A stretch of DNA of 60,109 bases from Ignavibacteriota bacterium (GCA_963776275.1 CAVZMI010000037.1:1-60109); one strand, 5' to 3'. Shown: positions 10,244-19,542, counted from the first letter of the stretch. A program made the numbers and translations. The notes: generated by a model not told the origin, from the sequence alone.

Positions 10244-10821
10244 TGCATTAAGGAATTTTTTATGAGATTGAGGAACTCTGCCCTTGTCTTATTGTCTTCG
10301 TGGAATTCTCCAAGCATTGCACTTGTCGTTGCAATGGAGTTTTGCTTTTCGACGCCCCTCATCATCATACATAAATGCCGGGCTTCAATCACCACCGCCA
10401 CGCCGGCCGGCTTCAGGGCAGTGTACAGAGTCTCAGCGATCTGTTGCGTCATTCGCTCCTGTACCTGAAGCCTCCTGGCAAAGACTTCGACAATCCGGGG
10501 AAGTTTGCTCAGTCCGACAATTTTGCCCTTTGGGATGTAGGCAATATGCACCTTCCCGAAAAATGGGAGAAGATGATGCTCACAGAGACTGAAAAAATCA
10601 ATGTCTTTGACAATCACCATCTCATTATATTTTTCCTTGAATATCGCCTTGCTGAGTATTGCATTGATATCCTGGGAATACCCTGATGTAAGAAATTGAT
10701 ATGCTTTTACCACGCGATGCGGCGTACGAAGGAGCCCTTCCCGTCTAGGATTTTCGCCGATGTGTACAAGCAGCTGTTCTATGGATTTTTCGAATTCCAC
10801 TTTCGAATGTTCGGTTGCCAT
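10240..10821 (-). CDS. folE: GTP cyclohydrolase I
   Basis: [26 protein letters not shown] and HLCMMMRG. Confidence 0.97.
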   Translation of the reverse strand: MATEHSKVEFEKSIEQLLVHIGENPRREGLLRTPHRVVKAYQFLTSGYSQDINAILSKAIFKEKYNEMVIVKDIDFFSLCEHHLLPFFGKVHIAYIPKGKIVGLSKLPRIVEVFARRLQVQERMTQQIAETLYTALKPAGVAVVIEARHLCMMMRGVEKQNSIATTSAMLGEFHEDNKTRAEFLNLIKNSLMQ

Positions 10822-10824
10822 GGG

Positions 10825-11232
10825 TTATATACCCCGGTATTCTATGATATTATTTTCCGATTCCAGTAAACGGATACTGGTAAGTTTTCCTTTTGTGATT
10901 TTCGGTTCAAGTATTTTCCAGAACGCGCGTGCGATATTTTCGGCCGATGGGATAATTCCATCGAGAAAACCGACATCAAGATTAAGGTTCTTATGATCGA
11001 CCAGATCGATAATTTCCCGATCGATCAGAATCTTCAATTCTTTGAGATCCATCACCATCCCTGTTTGAGGATCAGGTTCTCCAGCGATTGTAACTTCCAT
11101 CGTGTAATTGTGTCCATGAAAATTCGGATTATTGCACTGACCGAAAATACGGGCATTTTCTTCATCGCTGAATGCCGGATTATGAAGCCGGTGTCCGGCA
11201 CAAAAATAAGCACGTCGTGTGAGATAAATCAT
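10825..11232 (-). CDS. 6-pyruvoyl-tetrahydropterin synthase / QueD family
   Basis: CNNPNFHGHNY (PTPS-type CxxxxxHGHNY), GMVMDL, DHKNLN and SAENIA. Confidence 0.92.
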   Translation of the reverse strand: MIYLTRRAYFCAGHRLHNPAFSDEENARIFGQCNNPNFHGHNYTMEVTIAGEPDPQTGMVMDLKELKILIDREIIDLVDHKNLNLDVGFLDGIIPSAENIARAFWKILEPKITKGKLTSIRLLESENNIIEYRGI

Positions 11233-11816
11233 TATTCTACTCCAAAATCATCAATAATCGAGGTACGAACAGCCAGCGGTATCTCGGCATCGTATTTATA
11301 TTTCGGGTGATTGATAACGACCGATGTAGGTTCATTAAAATTACCCATCTCGTGAATTTGCTGTGGAGTAAAGGGAAATCGTATATACTGCACTGCACTG
11401 ATCCGGAAATTTGAGAATTGCGCCTCATTAAAGTACGCAGAGATCAGATAACGACCAATCTTGAGAAATACGGAGTTCTCCTCAAGTCCCAGAAGCCTAT
11501 CCAATTCAGGTTTTATCTTTTCTTTTTCCGCGATTTCTATAAACAATGACGCACTAAGCTCATTGTCATTAGGTATGAGAGCGTTGTATGTTTCTATTTC
11601 ATGTTCGATGAGCTTTTCATCGACGATTCGTTCAATGCGGAGCATTTCCTGAATTTGAAATTTCACTGTTTCTTTGTTCTCAAACATCATGGTAATCTTT
11701 GGTCCCACGGCGACGCGGCGACGTTTTTTCAACTCAACGATTTTTTTTCTGATTTCAGGCCGTATTTTTTCGTACTCGAGAATATCCAGTATGTCTTTTC
11801 TGCTTATTTTCTGCAT
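11232..11816 (-). CDS. DUF3501 family protein
   Basis: KKRRRVAVGP, FENKETVKFQIQEMLRIER, EIETYNALIP and SAVQYIRF; typical partner of rubrerythrin and its Fe-S oxidoreductase. Confidence 0.88.
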   Translation of the reverse strand: MQKISRKDILDILEYEKIRPEIRKKIVELKKRRRVAVGPKITMMFENKETVKFQIQEMLRIERIVDEKLIEHEIETYNALIPNDNELSASLFIEIAEKEKIKPELDRLLGLEENSVFLKIGRYLISAYFNEAQFSNFRISAVQYIRFPFTPQQIHEMGNFNEPTSVVINHPKYKYDAEIPLAVRTSIIDDFGVE

Positions 11817-11822
11817 GCTTTC

Positions 11823-13091
11823 CTATCCTTTGCTGGCCATCCCGTATGCGGCGTGAACCACCTGAATTGGATGTTTGAAAGAATATCCGGTTCCCTGTTC
11901 GATCTGAAGTCCGGCAAGCGGGCAATCAGAGACGACCGTCGCCGGTTGAGCTTTTTCGATCCTCTCAAAAAGAGATTGGGCAACCTTCAATGAAAGCTCA
12001 TAATATTCCTTCTTCAATCCCCACGTTCCATCCATTGCGGAACACTTTTGGATCATCTCGATCTCTGTCCCGGGGATTAACGACATCAATTCTTTCGACT
12101 TGAATCCGATATTTTGCGCTTTAAGATGACACGCAAGGTGGTAAGCAATCTTTCCCTGCGGGGCAGAAAATGCCATATCGAGTTTCTTCTCTTTATGAAG
12201 TTTCATTAAATATTCACAAATGTCAAGCGTATTAGCCGAGATTCTCTTCGTTCCTTCGATTCTACCCAGATATGGATATTCTTGTTTCATCATATAGCTG
12301 CACGTAGGCCCCGGTACGACGATCGTATACCCCGCATCGACATACGATTGAAAGGACCGGGTATTAAAGTCGATCATTTCCTGCGCGGCAGCGATGTCAC
12401 CCCCGTCGAGTGCAGGCATTCCACAGCAACGCTGCTCGGGTACGATGACATCGATTCTATTTCGCTCGAGAACCTCTACAGTGGCAATGCCGATATCCGG
12501 ATTGTTGTAATTGACCGTGCATGTATAAAAAAGGGCTACTTTGCCGTTTGTGTAGTCCCTTTCTTCTGAACGTCTATGTTTTCGATACCATTCAATAAAT
12601 GTTACCCCGTGATACTTGGGAAGATTCCTATGCTTATGAATACCGACAGTCGCATGCATCAACGAGCGTGTGATTTGGTTCTCGTTTGCCCAATTCATAA
12701 TGCCGGGGAAAGTACTTCCGATTGCACCGATCAAGTCCGTTTTACCAAGGAATTTATCCTGAATATTTGCACCTTTTTCTCGTGCACGAATTGCACGTGC
12801 CCGAAGCATGAATCGTGGGAAATCAAGCTCATAGCGATGGGGTGGTGTGTAAGGGCATTTCGGGTAACAAAGTTTGCATTCATAACAAAGATCGATAACT
12901 TCGTTCTTTACATCGAGCGGGACTTTTGAAGCTTCTATATCCAATTCATCGATCTTTTTAAATAGCACTTCAAAAGAAGGACAAAGATTATAACAAAGCC
13001 GGCAACCGTTACAGATATCAAAAATCCTATCCAGCTCTTTTTGAAAAAGAGTATTATCCCAGAATTCTTGTTTCTGCGGATCGAAATTCAT
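11823..13091 (-). CDS. Rubrerythrin-associated Fe-S oxidoreductase (GlpC/HdrD-like, CCG domains)
   Basis: Two CxxCxxCxxxCP ferredoxin motifs; CCG domains (RCCGMP, CSAMDGTWG). Confidence 0.88.
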   Translation of the reverse strand: MNFDPQKQEFWDNTLFQKELDRIFDICNGCRLCYNLCPSFEVLFKKIDELDIEASKVPLDVKNEVIDLCYECKLCYPKCPYTPPHRYELDFPRFMLRARAIRAREKGANIQDKFLGKTDLIGAIGSTFPGIMNWANENQITRSLMHATVGIHKHRNLPKYHGVTFIEWYRKHRRSEERDYTNGKVALFYTCTVNYNNPDIGIATVEVLERNRIDVIVPEQRCCGMPALDGGDIAAAQEMIDFNTRSFQSYVDAGYTIVVPGPTCSYMMKQEYPYLGRIEGTKRISANTLDICEYLMKLHKEKKLDMAFSAPQGKIAYHLACHLKAQNIGFKSKELMSLIPGTEIEMIQKCSAMDGTWGLKKEYYELSLKVAQSLFERIEKAQPATVVSDCPLAGLQIEQGTGYSFKHPIQVVHAAYGMASKG

Positions 13092-13194
13092 CGATACATT
13101 TTCTCTGTATAAATATAAAATAAAAGGGTTGGACTGGACAGTTCAACCATTAACTCACTAGCACAACCCTACCCTCTACACTAAAATTTTTCAA

Positions 13195-13623
13195 CTATCC
13201 CTTAAGACTCTCCAACGCTTTTGTGAACCGTCCTGCATGTAATTTCTCTGCCCGGGCGAGAGTCTCGAACCATTCGGAAATTTCATCGAAACCTTCATCC
13301 CGCGCAGTCTTGGCAAATCCGGGATACATTTCGGTATATTCATATGTTTCACCCGCAATTGCTGATTTTAAATTCGCCTTTGTATCACCGACTGGTTCAT
13401 TTGTTACAGGATCGCCGACTTCTTCCATAAACTCGAAATGCCCGAATGCATGACCGGTCTCACCTTCCGCCGTATCCCTGAATACACCTGCGACATCAGG
13501 ATACCCCTCGATATCTGCTTTCCGTGCAAAATACATGTATCGCCGGTTTGCTTGACTCTCTCCGGCGAATCCCTCCTTCAGATTAAACAGCGTCTTTGAA
13601 TCCTTTAATGATGCCATAGACAT
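13195..13623 (-). CDS. rbr: Rubrerythrin, short form without rubredoxin domain
   Basis: [30 protein letters not shown] and EKLH di-iron ligands. Confidence 0.93.
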   Translation of the reverse strand: MSMASLKDSKTLFNLKEGFAGESQANRRYMYFARKADIEGYPDVAGVFRDTAEGETGHAFGHFEFMEEVGDPVTNEPVGDTKANLKSAIAGETYEYTEMYPGFAKTARDEGFDEISEWFETLARAEKLHAGRFTKALESLKG

Positions 13624-13664
13624 TCCTTTCAGTAAAAATTATAATTTGTTCTGATATTTAATAA

Positions 13665-14120
13665 TCATGATAACACTTCAAGTACTTTGTCGATATGTCC
13701 ATCGACTTTTACTTTTGTAAAGATATGTGTAATTACTCCGTTCTCATCGATAATAAAAGTAGTTCGTTCTGTTCCCATATACTTCTTTCCGTACATGTTT
13801 TTCTCTTTCCATACGCCATAAAGTTTTACAACTTCCTTCGATTCATCGCTCAGGAGTGGAAACGGAAGTGTATATTTTGTCTGAAATCTCTTATGCGATT
13901 GAACGCTATCGATGCTTATACCAACAATATTGGTTTTTTTCGATGTAACAAGTCTCATATTATCACGGAACGAGCAGGCTTCTGTTGTACACCCCGATGT
14001 ATCATCTTTTGGGTAGAAATAAAGTACGAGCTTTTTCCCTTTGAAGTCCTTCAGCGATACCTTTTTGCCTTCTTGATCGGGTAAGGTAAACGAAGGTGCT
14101 TTCTTCCCTACTGTCAGCAT
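13665..14120 (-). CDS. bcp: Thioredoxin-dependent peroxiredoxin Bcp/PrxQ
   Basis: YFYPKDDTSGCTTEACSFRD. Confidence 0.93.
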   Translation of the reverse strand: MLTVGKKAPSFTLPDQEGKKVSLKDFKGKKLVLYFYPKDDTSGCTTEACSFRDNMRLVTSKKTNIVGISIDSVQSHKRFQTKYTLPFPLLSDESKEVVKLYGVWKEKNMYGKKYMGTERTTFIIDENGVITHIFTKVKVDGHIDKVLEVLS

Positions 14121-14146
14121 GTAAGTGATCCCTATTTATTCCGGCA

Positions 14147-14617
14147 TTAGATAGAGCCGAGTATATTGTTGATTTCGCTGTAATTTGGTTCTACGCCTGG
14201 ATTTTCTGAAATCCAGACATATTTAATCACTCCCAGTGGATCAATCACAAATACTGCCCGCTTTGAAGCTGAGTATCCGGTTAGTCCAGCGAAATCTTTA
14301 TAAACTCCGCCGTATTGTTCCGAGACAGCACGTGTATAGTCGCTTAAGAGCGGGAATAGAAGGTTATTTTGTGCAGCAAAGGCCTTATTAGCGAACGGAC
14401 TATCGACACTGATACCGACAATTTGGGCATTGAGTGAACCCAAGTTCGTCATTGAATCGCGGAACGTACAGAATTCTTTTTGACATACACCGGTGAATGC
14501 TCCTGGATAGAAAGCCAGAACGAGTTTCTTCCCCTGGAATTCAGAGAGAGAACGAGGTTTTCGTTCCGTATCGATCAATGTGAATGATGATGCCTTATCC
14601 CCGATTTTGAGTGGCAT
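14147..14617 (-). CDS. Peroxiredoxin (AhpE/PrxQ-like)
   Basis: FYPGAFTGVCQKEFC, GISVDS and LLSD. Confidence 0.9.
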   Translation of the reverse strand: MPLKIGDKASSFTLIDTERKPRSLSEFQGKKLVLAFYPGAFTGVCQKEFCTFRDSMTNLGSLNAQIVGISVDSPFANKAFAAQNNLLFPLLSDYTRAVSEQYGGVYKDFAGLTGYSASKRAVFVIDPLGVIKYVWISENPGVEPNYSEINNILGSI

Positions 14618-14710
14618 TGTATACCTCGCTATAGATGTTGTGTGATAGATATGGCATTGAGTCCATGAAACGAGTATGTAATCCTAACATATAGAAAAAA
14701 AATCTCCCTT

Positions 14711-15031
14711 TCAAGATCGTTTCCTCCTTGTCTTTTTGCCGTTTTCGTTTATGGTCGTTGAATAATCAGACTCTCGAGAGTCTCTCTTACATACATAACA
14801 GATGCCAAAAAAGTCGACTCTATGTAAGAAAACGCTGCGCTTATATTTTCGTTCAATATATCGGTCTCTAATCCACCCTTCGACGATCTCAAGATCAAGA
14901 ATCGAATGGCATCGAGTACAGATAAAATGCTGGTAGTTTTCAAGCTGTGCATCATAACGCGTCCGAAAGTCTCCAATGTGAAGTTCGCGGACAATACCCT
15001 GAGCGCTCAAGAGCCGCAGATTCCCTCTCAT
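14711..15031 (-). pseudogene. Fur/PerR-family regulator lacking most of the N-terminal DNA-binding domain
   Basis: NLRLLSAQGIV (end of the winged HTH), RYD, HFICTRC and FFGICYVC (two CxxC). No in-frame upstream HTH was recognisable. Confidence 0.65.
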
Positions 15032-15121
15032 AAATAACAGAATTAAATACGTGTGAAGTTCCCTTTGCAGGGAATGAATTTAAAAAAAGTCTAATATGGG
15101 AAATCCGAGCTGTTATATTAC

Positions 15122-15150
15122 TTGTTTTTCGGAAGTGTAAGTAATATATT
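15122..15150 (+). promoter_or_regulatory. Promoter for tRNA-Ser(CGA)
   Basis: TTGTTT-N17-TATATT, ending 18 nt before the tRNA. Confidence 0.55.
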
Positions 15151-15168
15151 TATATGTTCTTTTTCAAT

Positions 15169-15258
15169 GGAGGGGTGCTAGAGTGGTCGATTAGGCCGGT
15201 CTCGAAAACCGGTGTACTCTTCTGAGTACCCAGGGTTCGAATCCCTGCCCCTCCGCCA
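15169..15258 (+). tRNA. tRNA-Ser(CGA)
   Basis: GGAGGGG/CCCCTCC acceptor; anticodon arm CCGGT-CTCGAAA-ACCGG; long variable arm; GGTTCGAATCC; GCCA end. Confidence 0.96.
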
Positions 15259-15533
15259 AACTACGCCAAGGCTTCGTTTGGCAGGCCCTCTTTATCAGCC
15301 TGACTGACGAAGCTCCGGGGAGGAGCGCAGTCCAGTCGCCAAACTACGCCAAGGCTTCGTTTGGCAGGCCCTCTTTATCAGCCTGACTGACGAAGCTCCG
15401 GGAGGAGCGTAGTCAGTCGCCAAACTACGCCAAGGCTTCGTTTGGCAGGCCCTCTTTATCAGCCTGACTGACGAAGCTCCGGGAGGAGCGCAGTCAGTCG
15501 CCAAACTGCGCCAAGGCTTCATTTGGCTAGCCC
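15255..15533 (+). repeat. Tandem array of ~81-bp units (3 full, 1 partial), each with two oppositely oriented REP-like hairpins
   Basis: Units start at 15255, 15338, 15419 and 15500: GCCAAACTACGCCAAGGCTTCGTTTGGC...GACTGACGAAGCTCCGGGAGGAGCGTAGTCAGTC. Confidence 0.93.
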
Positions 15534-15645
15534 AAATCGACTTCCATTTCTTTAAAATGAAACAGAAATTTGTGTGGTACACTATCCCATTGTAACCTCT
15601 TTTCGTTCTTATTATTAAAGCCCCCTCAAGAGATAGGACCAAGTT

Positions 15646-15930
15646 ATGTTAATTTGGAAAGTATATATTCTGAGAAATATCAGAAAGGGATTTATTTATA
15701 TAGGATCAACGAATAATTTGGATCGACGAGTCTTAGAACATAATAATGGTGTTGTTCAGTCGACCAAAGCATATCGACCTTTGGAAATAGCGGCCTACGT
15801 TGCTGTGGAATCGGAATCAAAGGCAAGAAAATTGGAGAACTATTCTAAGACAGGATCTGGGAAAGCAATATTGAAAAAAAGAATTTTAACCGATGAAGTT
15901 CCGCGGTCTGTCCACCGAAGTTCGCTGTAG
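15646..15930 (+). CDS. Small stand-alone GIY-YIG nuclease (UPF0213/YhbQ-like)
   Basis: VYILR...IYIGSTNNLDRRVLEHN...STKAYRP...ARKLE..KTGSG. Confidence 0.9.
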   Translation: MLIWKVYILRNIRKGFIYIGSTNNLDRRVLEHNNGVVQSTKAYRPLEIAAYVAVESESKARKLENYSKTGSGKAILKKRILTDEVPRSVHRSSL

Positions 15931-16419
15931 GCGAACGTAGGTGGAAACGGGACGTAGTCGTCCCTGCCCCTCCGCCAAACTGCGCCAAGGCTTCGTTTGG
16001 CAAGCCCTATACGTCAAACCTTACTGACGAAGCTCCGAAGGAGCGTAGTCAGTCGCTTGACTGCGTCCCTCGAGAAACATGTGGGACTTCGTCAAGCAGG
16101 CCTGTACTATGAAAAGGGACGGGACTTTTTATTCAACGAATTTCATTACCTACCCGCTCTGACGAGCCCGTCTCTCCCGACTAGTCCACCGATTCATCCG
16201 CCGGTCTATCCGCCTTAGTGGAACGGAGGCGGAAGTTCCGTTTTTCGTAACGAAAGCGGAAGGTGAACGTAGTTGAACGTTTGGCAGCTTATTACCAGAG
16301 AAGCGTGATTGTATAAAATAAAGTCCGGATATCGATATAGCTTATATCGTTCGAAACTATGTCGTATACTGTAATGAGAACGGTTATGAAATATTGAGAA
16401 TAAGAGAGGCGGTAGTAGT

Positions 16420-16893
16420 TTATTTTTTCTTAATACCCGGTAAAATTTTTATAAGATTGGAAATATGTGATCTCCCGTTTAGATTCAAGTAGGGATTTGG
16501 TTCATAAGCGGTAGAGCCGAGAAAAATTACTGCAGCACTTTCATCTTCGGTATATGCAAGATCGCCGGATAAAGGCAATAATATCTTTTTAATTTTCAAT
16601 TGTTCGAATTCTTTTGAGTTGAATTCAATTTCATTGTCGAATACGATTTCCAGCGCTTCATCGTTCTTTCTTAATTCATCCATTCTCTCTTCATCAACGA
16701 CAAGACGTGCCACGTCGTTGATTCCTTCAATCAAATTCTTTAATTCATCAAATACTTTTTTTGAATTATCCTTATTGAGTTCGACAATTTCAGATTGTCC
16801 GCTATTGAAATATTTTATTTTCATTCGATGCGTATCCTCTACGCATGTTGTAGAACAGAAAAAAAGTAGTAATAGAATGGCCGATAATTTCAT
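16420..16893 (-). CDS. Hypothetical exported protein (possible lipoprotein)
   Basis: 157-aa ORF with a short hydrophobic N-terminus containing Cys; AT-rich. Confidence 0.7.
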   Translation of the reverse strand: MKLSAILLLLFFCSTTCVEDTHRMKIKYFNSGQSEIVELNKDNSKKVFDELKNLIEGINDVARLVVDEERMDELRKNDEALEIVFDNEIEFNSKEFEQLKIKKILLPLSGDLAYTEDESAAVIFLGSTAYEPNPYLNLNGRSHISNLIKILPGIKKK

Positions 16894-16903
16894 TAGTAAA
16901 GTA

Positions 16904-16931
16904 GAGGATGGGCTTTTGAAAGCCCATCCTC
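16904..16931. other. Perfect intergenic hairpin (terminator or processing stem)
   Basis: GAGGATGGGCTT-TTGA-AAGCCCATCCTC between two co-directional genes. Confidence 0.65.
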
Positions 16932-16940
16932 AAGTCTTTG

Positions 16941-19043
16941 TTATTGTATTGTAATATCGTCAAGTAAAATTGCGGTATCATAAATACTATCGCCAACATC
17001 TCCGGCGGCCAGTATAAGGGTAATACGTTTCCCTTTAAACGCACTCACATTGAATATATCCGTCTGCCAACCGGTCATGTATACATCACCTTTATCGAAG
17101 ACAATTCCGGGGGAAACATAAACAAGGTTACCCGGTTGCGGTACTTCGCCGGGCTGTTTGTTGAATTTTTGTGCACCGAAATCGGCAGCGATACCGTCAA
17201 TGTTTTTCCTTAATAATTCCGTTTCCGTTCCATTGGCTTCTTTGATTATTATCGTGTAATAATCCATGTAAGCAGAATTGATATATTCCAGGAACTCTTC
17301 CGACAAAAAATTCCATTTTACCGTCAATGAAGATTGATTTTGTCGGATGGTGAACGTTTGAAAGATTTTTCCGGTAGTGGTCGTATAACCGAGACCCGTA
17401 GAAATAATTCCCATATATTTCCCGCCCGTAGGACTTTGACCGCCGAGTTTGCTGATGACTCTTCCATCCCCCGATTTTGTCCAGCCTTGCAGTTTTCCGA
17501 ATTCAAAGTCTCCGTTGATTAAATCATCCGGATAGTGGATATCGTTTTCACCTTTCATCTGGAAGTTTGCATGATGCGAACCGGGGTCGCTGCCGGCCAT
17601 GAATGATTCGCCAGTAGTCTTCATATCTTTAGCCAGTCTTTTCACCAGTGTATCTGCATTTGTAACGCAGAAACCGCTGCTTACAATTTTATCATATCCG
17701 TAATATGTCTTTGCCCCTTTGCCGGTGAAAGCATTCTGCAAGTCGGCGCTTTTCGTGCTTTCGCATGAATTGTTCAAGATAACGCTGTTCGGGAAAGTGC
17801 CCGCAAGGTCGGAAATAAATGCTGCCTTTACGCCGTAAACGTTAGCTCTCGTTTTTACGCCGCCGTTATTAGCAATGACAATGTTTAGAGAAATTTTAAG
17901 TTTATTAGCTTTTAAAAGAGCCTTATAGGAATCCTTATAAGCAGTTGCGTTTGTATCAACAATTTCCCCGGTTAAAAATGAATTACCTCCGGAACCGTGC
18001 GTTGCCAATATGACCAACCCGTAGTTTGTCAAGTTATACAAAACGGCAACAGTAGCTTGTTGATTAATGTAGTAATCGATCTCATATTCGAAACCGGAAT
18101 TCTGTAAAATACTTTTTACACTAGGACCTTCATTGTTTGGTGCAAATGCCGCCTCGAAAGGAGCGTAGATCAAAACGTTCCTATTTCCGATTAATTTTGG
18201 ATCAGGTTCGCCGTTGTAGTTGGATACTTTCCTTATCATTTTACTGGGGGTTATTGTAGTTCCAACGGTCTGTCTGCTCAGAGGTATGCTCTTCTTTGAT
18301 CTTCTCTCATCATTACCGACAACTGAACCGCCGCGCGTTACACCACCAGTGGCGTCTTCAACCGATACGATTATTTCTCCGTTCAATCCGTTTTTGTATT
18401 GTATATCTATACTTGTGGATCCACTCATAGTTGCAGATTGAACTTCGGCTTTTGAGTTCAGCCATGTTGTTAATTGACTCATGGCATTATCGAGATTCTG
18501 AACGTTTCCGGCAAGGTATTGATCCAATTGTGTTGCTGCATTTGATTGAGTATTTAATACTTCGTTTAATTCTCCGGAAGTCAGTTGTGTATAGATTTTG
18601 ATCGACGCGGTTTCCGATTGTTTGTCGATTATTTGATCCCCACTCTTGATCTTTGCCTGAGCGGCAATGGTTATTGTTCCAGCTTGTGATTCATTAATAG
18701 TAACTTTACCGCTGTATATGTTGTCGCCAATTATTTCGTCGGCATTATAAAGATTGCCGTTATCAGCCAATTCTCCGATAGTGCCGCTCGAATTTCCGTT
18801 GGCATCCAGCTTTACGACCTGAACAAGCGAATCAGCAAGCTGAATTCCTGCCGGAACATTGAGGCGGATAATAAGAGTCGTGTAAGTATTTACAATAACT
18901 CCGGTAGGACTGATTGTTAGAGTACCAAGAGTGATGGTCTGATCATTGGGCCCTGTTGAACTTTCACTTTTTTTACAACTCTGGAAAAGAATTATAAAAG
19001 CAAAAAGAATTAAGAATATTCCTATTACTTTACCGATTTTCAT
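16941..19043 (-). CDS. 700-aa lipoprotein: choice-of-anchor X-like motif, clan CD peptidase-like central domain, C-terminal CBM-like domain
   Basis: FQS-C lipobox; LADNG...DNIYSG; LVILATHG and ILNNSCES; NGDFEFGKLQGW...LDDITI. Confidence 0.65.
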   Translation of the reverse strand: MKIGKVIGIFLILFAFIILFQSCKKSESSTGPNDQTITLGTLTISPTGVIVNTYTTLIIRLNVPAGIQLADSLVQVVKLDANGNSSGTIGELADNGNLYNADEIIGDNIYSGKVTINESQAGTITIAAQAKIKSGDQIIDKQSETASIKIYTQLTSGELNEVLNTQSNAATQLDQYLAGNVQNLDNAMSQLTTWLNSKAEVQSATMSGSTSIDIQYKNGLNGEIIVSVEDATGGVTRGGSVVGNDERRSKKSIPLSRQTVGTTITPSKMIRKVSNYNGEPDPKLIGNRNVLIYAPFEAAFAPNNEGPSVKSILQNSGFEYEIDYYINQQATVAVLYNLTNYGLVILATHGSGGNSFLTGEIVDTNATAYKDSYKALLKANKLKISLNIVIANNGGVKTRANVYGVKAAFISDLAGTFPNSVILNNSCESTKSADLQNAFTGKGAKTYYGYDKIVSSGFCVTNADTLVKRLAKDMKTTGESFMAGSDPGSHHANFQMKGENDIHYPDDLINGDFEFGKLQGWTKSGDGRVISKLGGQSPTGGKYMGIISTGLGYTTTTGKIFQTFTIRQNQSSLTVKWNFLSEEFLEYINSAYMDYYTIIIKEANGTETELLRKNIDGIAADFGAQKFNKQPGEVPQPGNLVYVSPGIVFDKGDVYMTGWQTDIFNVSAFKGKRITLILAAGDVGDSIYDTAILLDDITIQ

Positions 19044-19156
19044 TGCACCCTCCTCTTAGATTTAGTAATTCGACAATAATTCACGATATTGTTTAGTTTA
19101 TTTACCTAAAAAATATTTGAAAGATTTTTTCAATCCTCCAGGAAATCGAAAATATA

Positions 19157-19534
19157 TTATTTTTGTCTACGAGCCAGGACAGCTTGCACGCGTGCTATTA
19201 AATCGTTCGGACTGAACGGTTTTATAATGTAATCCTCGGCTCCTCGTGCCATTCCCTCATCAATTTCGTGTTGAAAACCTTTTGCTGTAAGCATGATGAT
19301 GGGTATGTTTTTTGTATCTTCATCTTTCCTGAGAATATCAAAAACTTCGTATCCATTCAGGTATGGCATCATCACATCCAGAAGGATGAGATCGGGATGC
19401 AGTGTCTGTGTAAGCTCAAGCGCTTTCTTTCCGTCGTCTGCAGGTATGACCGTATATCCTGCATCTCTCAACTTGAATTTGATGAGAGTCATGATATGAA
19501 CTTCATCTTCTGCGATAAGGATTGTAGTTGCCAT
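19157..19534 (-). CDS. Single-domain response regulator
   Basis: ILIAEDE, DLILLDVMMP, IIMLTA and YIIKPF. Confidence 0.93.
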   Translation of the reverse strand: MATTILIAEDEVHIMTLIKFKLRDAGYTVIPADDGKKALELTQTLHPDLILLDVMMPYLNGYEVFDILRKDEDTKNIPIIMLTAKGFQHEIDEGMARGAEDYIIKPFSPNDLIARVQAVLARRQK

Positions 19535-19542
19535 ATAATATA

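Larger units (their letters stand above)
15242..16102 (+). mobile_element. Putative tRNA-Ser-inserted GIY-YIG mini-element bracketed by a duplicated tRNA 3' end and hairpin repeats
   Basis: TCCCTGCCCCTCCGCCA occurs at 15242-15258 (tRNA end) and again at 15961-15977, each followed by the same hairpin unit. Confidence 0.6.

Noticed and set aside
13634-13665. PerR/Fur box upstream of rubrerythrin
   Set aside because: Only one good half-site (TTATAAT) in AT-rich DNA; the 7-1-7 symmetry is not met.
15255-15533. 81-bp array as a CRISPR array
   Set aside because: The sequences between hairpins are identical rather than unique spacers, and no cas genes are present.
15295-15642. 115-aa ORF with repeated QTKPWRSLATD, and ORF 15997-16218
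   Set aside because: These are translations of the hairpin repeats, with no protein family signal.
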